Below are positions 20,072 through 27,925 of a stretch of 32,000 nt of DNA, in pieces. Under the pieces are notes generated by a model. That model worked only from the letters and a program-made list of their open reading frames with translations, did not search any database and was not told the origin of the DNA. The first letter of the stretch is position 1. Every line of letters begins with the position of its first letter. A program made the translations under genes and the position numbers. Origin of the DNA: Microcystis aeruginosa NIES-843 (GTDB lineage: Bacteria; Cyanobacteriota; Cyanobacteriia; Cyanobacteriales; Microcystaceae); contig NC_010296.1 in NCBI RefSeq assembly GCF_000010625.1, forward strand, positions 3,000,001 to 3,032,000. The letters run 5' to 3'.

Positions 20072-20357
20072 CCTCAAGACGATATCAAAAATCCTTTTCT
20101 GAATTTTTTGAGTTAGCCATAATGCCTTAAGCAAAATGTCTTGTCTTTTGGGTTAAAAGTGATTGGTTCAATCACCTTTGATACCAGAATAAGTTTTATT
20201 TTTGGTAATGGCAATCTCTAAAATTAATACTTTTCTAATAGGTTTTTTCGAGCAGAATATTAACTTTTTATGAGATTTATATTAGATTTATATTAGATTC
20301 AAAGGGTCACTTTATGGTATAATTGCGTAATCTCTTAAGTAGAACAAATGAATTAAT
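20072..20357 (-). promoter_or_regulatory. Conserved upstream module (promoter plus long leader) of mvl; paralogous copy at 26831-27118
   Basis: About 290 bp are nearly identical between the two loci. The shared region includes 2.5-3 tandem copies of ATATTAGATTT(A) and the hairpin AAAAGTGATTggttcAATCACCTTT. Confidence 0.6.
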
Positions 20358-20374
20358 CAATCAAATTATAGAGA

Positions 20375-20580
20375 TTGAGTCAAAGGGGATGGAAATGTTA
20401 GTATTAGATCAGACTCGTCCTGATATTGGTTTAAGGGTGGCTAAAGTCATTGTCCCCGGAATGCGTCATATGTGGAAGCGTTTAGGGACAGGAAGATTGT
20501 ATGATGTTCCTGTTAGCATGGGATGGTTAAAAGAGACTTTGACGGAAGATGAATTAAATCCTTTTCCCATGTGGATGTAA
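20375..20580 (+). pseudogene. Detached duplicate of the last 206 bp of the heterocyclase gene
   Basis: Identical to 19365-19570 apart from 2 substitutions, and it ends at the same TAA. The 85-aa track ORF (20323-20580) is this fragment plus unrelated leader sequence. Confidence 0.85.
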
Positions 20581-20614
20581 CCCTTGTTCATGGTCAATTG
20601 TTGATGATTTTAAG

Positions 20615-20914
20615 TTACTTGGTGAAGATTTCGAGTTTAACTTTCATTCCCGTTTTATCTAAAAGACTGAGTAATTTATCAACAGTAAAACGGCTAATTT
20701 CTCCATTCATTAAATCACTAATTTTCGGTTGTGTTTCCTCGAAAAAAGTGGCGGCTTCTTGCTGTGTCCATCTTTTTTCTTGGATAAAAGACCGCAAGGT
20801 TAACATCAAATCGGCTCTAATTTTTAAGTTAGTTGCTTCTTCACTGTTAAATCCTAAATCTTCAAAGATGTTATCGCTACCAAAAGTGATCTCAATAGGG
20901 TTAGATTGTGTCAT
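20615..20914 (-). CDS. higA: XRE-family HTH antitoxin (HigA-like)
   Basis: 99 aa. The HTH region reads RWTQQEAATFFEETQPKISDLMNGEISRFTVDKLLSLL. It lies immediately downstream (3-nt gap) of the toxin gene, in the reversed toxin-first order typical of HigBA. Confidence 0.75.
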   Translation of the reverse strand: MTQSNPIEITFGSDNIFEDLGFNSEEATNLKIRADLMLTLRSFIQEKRWTQQEAATFFEETQPKISDLMNGEISRFTVDKLLSLLDKTGMKVKLEIFTK

Positions 20915-20916
20915 GG

Positions 20917-21261
20917 TTATCCCTCCTGTAATTGTTGTCTAAATTGAATCATTTGTTGATAACATTGTTGTCCAAATTCAATTTCTTTTTTCGAGGTTTT
21001 CTGTGTTTTTTTACCAAAAGCATGAAGGACATAAATCGCTTCTTTAAACCTTGCTACATAAAAGATTCTGTAGGTTTCTCCTGTCCAAATTCTAATTTCT
21101 TCTGTTCCTTGACCAATAATGGGAATGGGTTTAAAATCATTGGGTTTCTCTCCTTGTTGAATAGCTCTCAGTCGAAAACCTGCTTTACGCTTTGCGTCTT
21201 CAGGAAAATCTCTAATATCTTCCCTTGACGTCCCAATCCAGTAAATGGGTTTATCTCCCAT
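20917..21261 (-). CDS. higB: RelE/HigB-superfamily toxin (phage Gp49-like)
   Basis: 114 aa. Signature stretches are IRDFPEDAKRKAGFRLRAIQQGEKPNDFKP, EIRIWTGETYRIFYVARFKEAIYVLHAFGKKTQKTSKKEIE, typical of the Gp49/HigB-like toxin family. Confidence 0.7.
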   Translation of the reverse strand: MGDKPIYWIGTSREDIRDFPEDAKRKAGFRLRAIQQGEKPNDFKPIPIIGQGTEEIRIWTGETYRIFYVARFKEAIYVLHAFGKKTQKTSKKEIEFGQQCYQQMIQFRQQLQEG

Positions 21262-21350
21262 GTTGGGGTTAATGATTAAGGTTGATACCTAATTTAGTAT
21301 AACAGGATCATCAGTTTGTCAATTGTTCGTTAGTTGACAAGCAAGATGAT

Positions 21351-21515
21351 GATCATTTTAGTTTAACTGAATCTAAGTAAAGTGTATCAGGGCAAATATC
21401 TCGTTCATGAGGCCATAAGCAAACTGATTCCTGATAGGTAAAAGGTATGTCAGCGAAGTAACACACCTTTATTAGTGTTGGTTTTCGTTGCTTCAATCTA
21501 ATCTAGAAGAGCGGC
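21351..21515 (-). repeat. Island repeat copy B (core 21431-21515, plus extension with the TTAACTGAATCT motif at 21363-21374)
   Basis: Sequence ctgataggtAAAAGGTATGTcagcgaagtaACACACCTTTattagtGTTGGTTttcgttgcttcaATCTAATctagaagagcggc. It lies 67 nt downstream of the vapC stop. Confidence 0.75.
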
Positions 21516-21582
21516 TGGATCATTGGGAGCTATTCCTTCATATTGATCTAAGATCAATAATATTTTCATTTGTTGAGTTACA

Positions 21583-21966
21583 CTAAATAAGCGCAATCGA
21601 ATATTGACTGAAAATTGAATCACTTGTAATGATAGGGAGATTTTCAGCCATAGATTGAGCAATAATAATGCGATCAAAAGGATCTCTGTGGTGAAAAGGT
21701 AGAGAAGCATTAATTTTTAGATGCTCTAGTTCAAGATTTATTAAAACAATCCTACTTTCGTTCACTTCTTTCTCAATAAACTCTTCATAGGAAGGAACTA
21801 ACCTTAACTTTCCTAAATTATATTTAATAGACATTTCCCAAAGACTGGCGATACTAAGATAACTAAAATTGTTCTCATCTTCAATTAAATCTTTGAGAGC
21901 ATTGCTTAATCTAGGATCGTCATTAACAAACCAAAGAAAAATATGTGTGTCCAATAAAAAAGTCAT
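21583..21966 (-). CDS. vapC: PIN-domain ribonuclease toxin VapC
   Basis: 127 aa. It reads LLDTHIFLWF... with conserved acidic residues (D6, E44 region, DPFDRIIIAQS, ITSD). It overlaps the upstream antitoxin by 4 nt. Confidence 0.85.
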   Translation of the reverse strand: MTFLLDTHIFLWFVNDDPRLSNALKDLIEDENNFSYLSIASLWEMSIKYNLGKLRLVPSYEEFIEKEVNESRIVLINLELEHLKINASLPFHHRDPFDRIIIAQSMAENLPIITSDSIFSQYSIALI

Positions 21967-22181
21967 TCCCTGTAATTGTGAAAGTCTTCAAGAGGTTCAT
22001 CAAAGTCATCGCTCATCCATACTTTTCCCTTAGCACTTCCTCGTTTTAAGGGTCGTTTGATGGGGGAAATTTTGGCTACTGGCTCGTCGCCTTGCATAAT
22101 AACAATTTCTTCTCCGTTAATTGCCAAATCGAGAAGTTTTGAGAGATCGGATTTAGCTTGAGCTATATCTAATTTAGTCAT
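21963..22181 (-). CDS. Phd/YefM-type antitoxin (VapB partner)
   Basis: 72 aa: MTKLDIAQAKSDLSKLLDLAINGEEIVIMQGDEPVAKISP... with an acidic C-terminal tail DDFDEPLEDF. It is translationally coupled to vapC. Confidence 0.8.
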   Translation of the reverse strand: MTKLDIAQAKSDLSKLLDLAINGEEIVIMQGDEPVAKISPIKRPLKRGSAKGKVWMSDDFDEPLEDFHNYRE

Positions 22182-22197
22182 AATGTTAAATCTCTAT

Positions 22198-22419
22198 TTA
22201 AGTTTTCAAAAAATCTTGCAAATGTTCTTCGTCATCAGCTACGATGGTAATCATTCCTTGACATAGTCCAGGGCCCAGGCGTTGGCGCAGTATGGGTATT
22301 GGCCCGATTAATTGGGCAATTGGACGATTGTTGTCGGTGATTAACAATTCTTCCCCCAGTTTGAGATTGTCAATCAGTTCGGGGAGTTTAGCCTGGGCTT
22401 CTTTGAGAGAGATGATCAT
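22198..22419 (-). CDS. Second Phd/YefM-like antitoxin, with no toxin of its own
   Basis: 73 aa: MIISLKEAQAKLPELIDNLKLGEELLITDNNRPIAQLIGP... with tail ADDEEHLQDF. Its architecture matches the adjacent antitoxin, 16 nt upstream of it. Confidence 0.7.
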   Translation of the reverse strand: MIISLKEAQAKLPELIDNLKLGEELLITDNNRPIAQLIGPIPILRQRLGPGLCQGMITIVADDEEHLQDFLKT

Positions 22420-22461
22420 GGATGTTGGGTTCTATCTAACTCATGGTGATAACGCTACAAT

Positions 22462-22526
22462 TTTAACTGAATCTCAGCAAGGAATAGATAAAATACGGTT
22501 GGGTTGAACGATAGTGAAACCCAACC
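22462..22526 (-). repeat. Island repeat copy F (short variant: TTAACTGAATCT motif plus GGTTGGGT...ACCCAACC hairpin only)
   Basis: Sequence tttTAACTGAATCTcagcaaggaatagataaaatacGGTTGGGTtgaacgatagtgaaACCCAACC. It lies directly next to the GC-richer IS110 sequence. Confidence 0.6.
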
Positions 22527-22529
22527 TTG

Positions 22530-22774
22530 TATCTTGAGAAGTAGGCAACCCGTCCCAACCTAGGTAAAAAATACCGCTTTGTAGCTTGGGTGCCTATATT
22601 CTGAAAAAGGGCGTGGACATCCAGTTCAACCGAGGTGCTTGACACCGTTGGGTAGCCACCGGAGCCACGCCGTCATCCCGATGAGACAAGCTCGAACAAT
22701 CGCTGGAGGATTAACCTCGTATTCGCAAGGACGAGTTACCAAAGGGACAAAATAACTTAACCCCAGCATAAACG
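22530..22774 (+). ncRNA. Candidate IS110 bridge/guide RNA region (5' non-coding end of the element)
   Basis: A 245-nt non-coding leader lies upstream of the recombinase. It shows several stem-forming segments (e.g. ggagccacgccgtcatcccgatgagacaagctcg, ctcgtattcgcaaggacgag). IS110-group elements are known to encode a structured RNA here. This call rests on position only and no fold was computed. Confidence 0.25.
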
Positions 22775-23711
<937 letters not shown>

Positions 23712-23879
23712 TCCAGTTTTCCGAACAATTTCATCGCTGACAAAACGGATGACTGGTGCCGTTACTTTGTCTTGCCTATTTGGGGTACAAAAGATTTTCT
23801 TTATTCCCCTTGACTTTTAAGACAATCGCTACACTCTCACGTTAAGGTTAAGTACGAAGATGAATCCAATTTCTAGGCC

Positions 23880-24027
23880 GATCATTCCTCAATTCTAACT
23901 GATCTAAGCAGAAAATAAATAAGCTCTCCTGATGACTGATAGAGAAAAGGTATGTCACCGCAGTAACACACCTTTATTAGTGTTGGGTTTCGTTGCTTCA
24001 ACCCAACTACAAGAGCGGTGATCGCAC
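23880..24027 (-). repeat. Island repeat copy C (core 23936-24027, plus extension with TCTAACTGATCT motif)
   Basis: Sequence ctgatagagAAAAGGTATGTcaccgcagtaACACACCTTTattagtGTTGGGTttcgttgcttcaACCCAACtacaagagcggtGATCGCac. It ends 2 nt from the stop codon at 24030. Confidence 0.8.
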
Positions 24028-24029
24028 TA

Positions 24030-24302
24030 TTATTGAGGAATTAATTTAATTAAACTTCTTAAGGTAGCATTAACGGATTCCGAATTAGGAAAATACTTTT
24101 TAACATCAGGATCAAGAATAATTACATCATTTTGCGCTGGAAAATGTTCAACCGTTTTTGTTCCATCTTCATGATGAATAGTAACGCTATGACCTTCCCG
24201 ATACTGTTGGTAATATTTTCCGCAAACAGGATTTTTAAGTTGACTTAAATCATATTCTTCTCGCAAGTCATCTTCTAATTCATCTTGGATTTTCTCGTTC
24301 AT
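24030..24302 (-). CDS. Putative antitoxin partner of BrnT (BrnA-position gene)
   Basis: 90 aa with an acidic N-terminus. It overlaps the brnT 3' end by 23 nt in a toxin-first operon. Similarity to the canonical BrnA at 29146 is weak, so the family assignment is tentative. Confidence 0.5.
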   Translation of the reverse strand: MNEKIQDELEDDLREEYDLSQLKNPVCGKYYQQYREGHSVTIHHEDGTKTVEHFPAQNDVIILDPDVKKYFPNSESVNATLRSLIKLIPQ

Positions 24303-24567
24303 AATATCTCCTTTCTTTGGGTGTAACTAATCTTGCACTAATTAAACGAATTTTATGATCACGATCCGTATAAGAAACAAATAGAAATTTACTTTGATCT
24401 GATAAACCTATTATAAGATAGCGATTCTCTCCTGTAGAATGGTCAGGATCATCGAAATTTACAGCTAAGGGATCATCAAATACGGTGGATGCTTCTTCAA
24501 AAGAAATGTTATGTTTTCTTTGATTTATTTTTGCTTTCTGTTTATCCCATTCAAATGCTAGTTCCAA
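24280..24567 (-). CDS. brnT: BrnT-family (DUF497) ribonuclease toxin
   Basis: 95 aa: FEWDKQKAKINQRKHNISFEEASTVFDDPLAV...RYLIIGLS...VSYTDRDHKIRLISARLVTPKERRYYE. This is the typical BrnT signature. Confidence 0.8.
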   Translation of the reverse strand: MELAFEWDKQKAKINQRKHNISFEEASTVFDDPLAVNFDDPDHSTGENRYLIIGLSDQSKFLFVSYTDRDHKIRLISARLVTPKERRYYERENPR

Positions 24568-24695
24568 ATCATTGCCACTTTGCCAACTGAAATATCCCGC
24601 ATTGTAGCATATCCTGATGGCGGAATAACAATTTTTCCTGTGCGATCGCGTCTTCCCAAAGTTTGATTAATAGAGAGATATATAAGCGATCGCCG

Positions 24696-24788
24696 CTGAT
24701 AGTAAAAGGTATGTCACAGCAGTAACACACCTTTATTATTGTTGGGTTTCGTTGCCTCAACCCAATCGAGAAGAAGAAGCGATCGCAC
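24696..24788 (-). repeat. Island repeat copy D
   Basis: Sequence ctgatagtAAAAGGTATGTcacagcagtaACACACCTTTattattGTTGGGTttcgttgcctcaACCCAATcgagaagaagaaGCGATCGCac. It lies 37 nt downstream of the orf227 stop. Confidence 0.8.
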
Positions 24789-24825
24789 TGAATTAAGATA
24801 GCTGATGAGTTGATGAGATTGAGTT

Positions 24826-25509
24826 TTATTGCCTAGTTAAAACCCCATTTCCACGTGAATCAAATTTCAAAGTGTAAGTATATCCCATCAGCATAGCCCA
24901 ATTTCCAGTATCGAATACAACAGGATCTCCGATTTCCTCTTGTCCATTTGATCTAACAAGATCGTATGATCCTGCCTTTATGGATAGAGTCGTCTGCGGG
25001 GAACAAAGCACTGAATATCCCCAAGCAATCCATTTCACTCCCATACCAAACCCTACATTTACTGTATATTGTTCAGAATCATATTCGGGAATATGCCAAC
25101 CTTGTTCATCGTGCTGAAGCTCCATGTATTTGTTCAATGACAAGGAAAAATTATCGTTATCCCTTGAGTATGGATGATATGACTGGTTAGGGCTTATATC
25201 GCCTTTTTTGAAAACGGAAGCCATCCAATAAAGGGTTAAATCTTTATTGAAATTAATCATGACGTTTGTATCAACAGTTTGTTGTCCTGCGACTCTTCTG
25301 ACACCATTAGCAATAAACTCTGCTGGTGAAAAAGTCGCTACCAGTTCGATCCCTTGAACATAATCAGTTGTTATCTCTACGATAGTAACAGGTCCTCCCG
25401 TAGCTGGGGTTGCTAATATAGGCCGGAAAAACTCATCCGCATTTTCCAGTTGTGTTTTGGTAATCTCAAAAGGATGCTTTATTATTCCTATAGGTGGTCT
25501 CTTTTCCAT
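24826..25509 (-). CDS. Hypothetical protein orf227 (no recognisable family)
   Basis: 227-aa ORF with a GGAG SD-like sequence upstream. No signal peptide or TM segment is seen. The composition is rich in beta-strand-like alternating patterns (e.g. VNVGFGMGVKWIAWGYSV, YTYTLKFDSRGNG). Confidence 0.65.
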   Translation of the reverse strand: MEKRPPIGIIKHPFEITKTQLENADEFFRPILATPATGGPVTIVEITTDYVQGIELVATFSPAEFIANGVRRVAGQQTVDTNVMINFNKDLTLYWMASVFKKGDISPNQSYHPYSRDNDNFSLSLNKYMELQHDEQGWHIPEYDSEQYTVNVGFGMGVKWIAWGYSVLCSPQTTLSIKAGSYDLVRSNGQEEIGDPVVFDTGNWAMLMGYTYTLKFDSRGNGVLTRQ

Positions 25510-25547
25510 GGAAACAACTCCAATTATAATTTTGATTTTGACAGTAA

Positions 25548-25638
25548 GGGTCTATTAAGGTGTGTCACCGCAGTAACACACCTTAAATAGTGTCGGTTTT
25601 CGTTGCTTTAACCTAGCCTGAAATATTGGCGATCTCAC
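25548..25638 (-). repeat. Island repeat copy E (most diverged)
   Basis: Sequence tctaTTAAGGTGTGTcaccgcagtaACACACCTTAAatagtgtcGGTTttcgttgctttAACCtagcctgaaatattgGCGATCTCac. It lies 17 nt downstream of the orf365 stop. Confidence 0.7.
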
Positions 25639-25655
25639 CGCCCCAATAGAGATTG

Positions 25656-26753
25656 CTAGGAGTTTTTAAATAGAAGCTTTGCTCCAGCTACTAAAAGTTG
25701 TTTGATCTTATCTGCACTTTGAGATCCCGAATATGTGAAGTTAACTGTTTTTCCACCCCCAGTCTGGCTAGTAATCTTAAACTCAACTCCAGTTAATACA
25801 AAGATTCCAAAAGCGGCTGTTAGTGCTGTTTTTACGGTAAGCGTCCCTGCCAAAAACGTATTAGCTTCATCCTCAAACGTACTTGTCCATGTAACGCTAA
25901 TTACTTGATCGTCTTGCGTTTCTCCGAGAGAGCTAAAACCGCTTGATAGGAGATTTGCCTGTTCTTGGTTTTTGGCTGAATGCCATAGATCTGTCAGTGA
26001 CGCTAACAATAATTTATGACTATCAATTAAATTGTCAACGAAATTTAAAGGTGCAGTTAGAAGTTCTTGACTAGGTTTCCCCGGCGAAACCTGAAACTCT
26101 CCTGATGAGGTTAAGATGACAGTGGCCTCACGCCCTTTAAAATCTTTGAGTTCAATAACGGCAGCATCATTAGCAACCTCAGTCCAACTCGCTAGTTCAT
26201 TTTCGCCATAATCCCCCGTTGTTACATAGAATGCCAATTTTGGACTTAAAGTTCTTCTGTCATTAGGACTAGGAGACCAACTCATACCGATGAAACCATT
26301 ATCAGTTTGGATTCCAAAGGACATACTACTATACCATTTACAGTCTTCATTTGCGCTTTGGTCAAAAGCATTAGACTTCAGGGCAATCATATTTTCAGGA
26401 GCAGGTGATTTAATTTGGCTCATGGTAGGAGCTTTTTTTCCTCGGCAGTCCTCCGTCACCGTTACGTAGTCTATCTCCCAAGTCTCTTGTAGTTCTATAT
26501 TGTTACTGACGAAGGCATCAATTTTAATACCTAATCCAACAGCTTTATTGCTTGATCCTCCACCTGCAATATACTGCACTGGGATAGTAAACGTATTCGT
26601 CGCTGGCGAGTTAGGATCAACATCCAAATTAATTTTGGAGTTGGCGAAAACATTAGGATTTCCTTTAAGCTCGTCTGGAGGTTGCAAGAAAGCCCAAAAA
26701 GTTTTTGTTTGTTTGCTCTGATTGACTAAATAGATCGTGTACTCAGCAGCCAT
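25656..26753 (-). CDS. Hypothetical protein orf365 (no recognisable family)
   Basis: 365-aa ORF with a strong SD (AAGGAG) 6 nt upstream. The N-terminus reads MAAEYTIYLVNQSKQTKTFWAFLQPP... No signal peptide is seen. One moderately hydrophobic C-terminal stretch is present (TALTAAFGIFVLTGV). It shares its upstream module with mvl. Confidence 0.7.
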   Translation of the reverse strand: MAAEYTIYLVNQSKQTKTFWAFLQPPDELKGNPNVFANSKINLDVDPNSPATNTFTIPVQYIAGGGSSNKAVGLGIKIDAFVSNNIELQETWEIDYVTVTEDCRGKKAPTMSQIKSPAPENMIALKSNAFDQSANEDCKWYSSMSFGIQTDNGFIGMSWSPSPNDRRTLSPKLAFYVTTGDYGENELASWTEVANDAAVIELKDFKGREATVILTSSGEFQVSPGKPSQELLTAPLNFVDNLIDSHKLLLASLTDLWHSAKNQEQANLLSSGFSSLGETQDDQVISVTWTSTFEDEANTFLAGTLTVKTALTAAFGIFVLTGVEFKITSQTGGGKTVNFTYSGSQSADKIKQLLVAGAKLLFKNS

Positions 26754-26830
26754 GATTGATCTCCTTATTTATTGAGTAAATACCGAATTCGATTTTGAAC
26801 AAACAATAAGTTTGTCTTCCATACGTACAC

Positions 26831-27118
26831 CCTCAAGACATTCTCAAAAATCTATTCGTGAAATTTTCGAGTTAGCCATAGTGCCTTAAGCAAAATGCCT
26901 TGTCTTTGGGGTTAAAAGTGATTTGTTTAATCACCTTTGATACCAGAATAAGTTTTATTTTGAGTAATGGCAATCTCTAAAGTTAATACTTTTCTAATAG
27001 GTTTTTTTGAGTAGAATATTAACTTTTATATTAGATTTATATTAGATTTATATTAGATTCAAAGGGTCACTTTATGGTATGACTACCTCATCCCTGAAAG
27101 TAGAACTAATGAATTAAT
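26831..27118 (-). promoter_or_regulatory. Conserved upstream module of orf365 (paralogue of the mvl upstream module)
   Basis: Near-identical to 20072-20357, with 3 copies of the ATATTAGATTTA unit and the same AAAAGTGATT...AATCACCTTT hairpin. Confidence 0.6.
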
Positions 27119-27165
27119 TGGGCATCTGAAATCCTCAAAACCCTTTTACTCTCTGATTTGAAAGA

Positions 27166-27204
27166 GGGTGTGGGGTGTGGGGTGTGGGGTGTGGGGTGTG
27201 GGGA
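27166..27204. repeat. (GGGGTGT)5-6 tandem repeat
   Basis: Read directly: gggtgtggggtgtggggtgtggggtgtggggtgtgggga. Confidence 0.95.
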
Positions 27205-27424
27205 AGGAAACCTCTTTCATCTGTGGGGGTGAAAATTTTTTCATCGGGACTGATTTGTAGAGTGTCAGGAGATGAAAAGAAGGCAGCAAAAAAGCGATCG
27301 CTTATCCCTCAAGGAAAACACCTGCCCTAAGTAAGGAGATGCTACCACCGGATGATGAGTATAACCTTTCAATTAGTTCTGGCTTTACTTTCCCGTGGGC
27401 AAGTGATTTTACAAGGAGAAAACC

Positions 27425-27640
27425 ATGACAAAAAAGCCTCACATTAAACTTATCCACATTGGAGAGTACATGGCTGAAGTGGAAGTCGAACTGATTGAGA
27501 CTCCCGAAGGATGGTCGCCCTATTTATCATTAGAAGACGCTCAAAAATTAGATGGTGTCCGGGAAGCCCTTCGTCAAGGTGATCTGCAAAAAGCTTCCAA
27601 TTTAGCACATCTTTACAAAATTACCCCTCTTACCGTTTAA
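27425..27640 (+). CDS. Small hypothetical protein (71 aa)
   Basis: ATG ORF with an AAGGAG SD 7 nt upstream. I recognise no family. Confidence 0.45.
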   Translation: MTKKPHIKLIHIGEYMAEVEVELIETPEGWSPYLSLEDAQKLDGVREALRQGDLQKASNLAHLYKITPLTV

Positions 27641-27664
27641 CTAAACTTTGACAAGAAAAAATTA

Positions 27665-27851
27665 GGTTCTTCGTTACTTGGTATGATTCGATATGGGGGC
27701 ATAAATCGACTAAATCCTTATCTGGTAAGAGATTTAATTGATTAGTTCGCTCTAGATCAAAAACAATTGACAAAAATCGCCAAATGCTTTTCTACATAAG
27801 GGTTACATCCCTTATATCCCCCGTCCATTGCATAACACAAACCGAAGAGCC
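27665..27851. mobile_element. 187-bp MITE-like element, copy 2
   Basis: See copy 1 at 1352-1538. TIRs are GGTTCTTCG...CGAAGAGCC. Confidence 0.65.
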
Positions 27852-27925
27852 AAAAATTAAAAAGCGATCGCTATTCCTCAGAACAACACAGCGATCGCCT
27901 AACTTTTAACTATCACAAGCAACAT

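Noticed and set aside
20323-20580. 85-aa ORF as an independent gene
   Set aside because: Its C-terminal 68 residues are a copy of the heterocyclase C-terminus. The N-terminal part is read through the shared mvl/orf365 upstream module from a TTG start. It is a gene fragment, not a gene.
20571-21228. Plus-strand ORFs 20571-20942 and 20932-21228
   Set aside because: They are antisense to the higA and higB genes, which have clear family signatures and operon organisation.
24569-24760. 63-aa minus-strand ORF upstream of brnT
   Set aside because: It is largely composed of island repeat copy D plus HIP1 sequence, has no SD, and has odd composition. It is an ORF created by the repeat.
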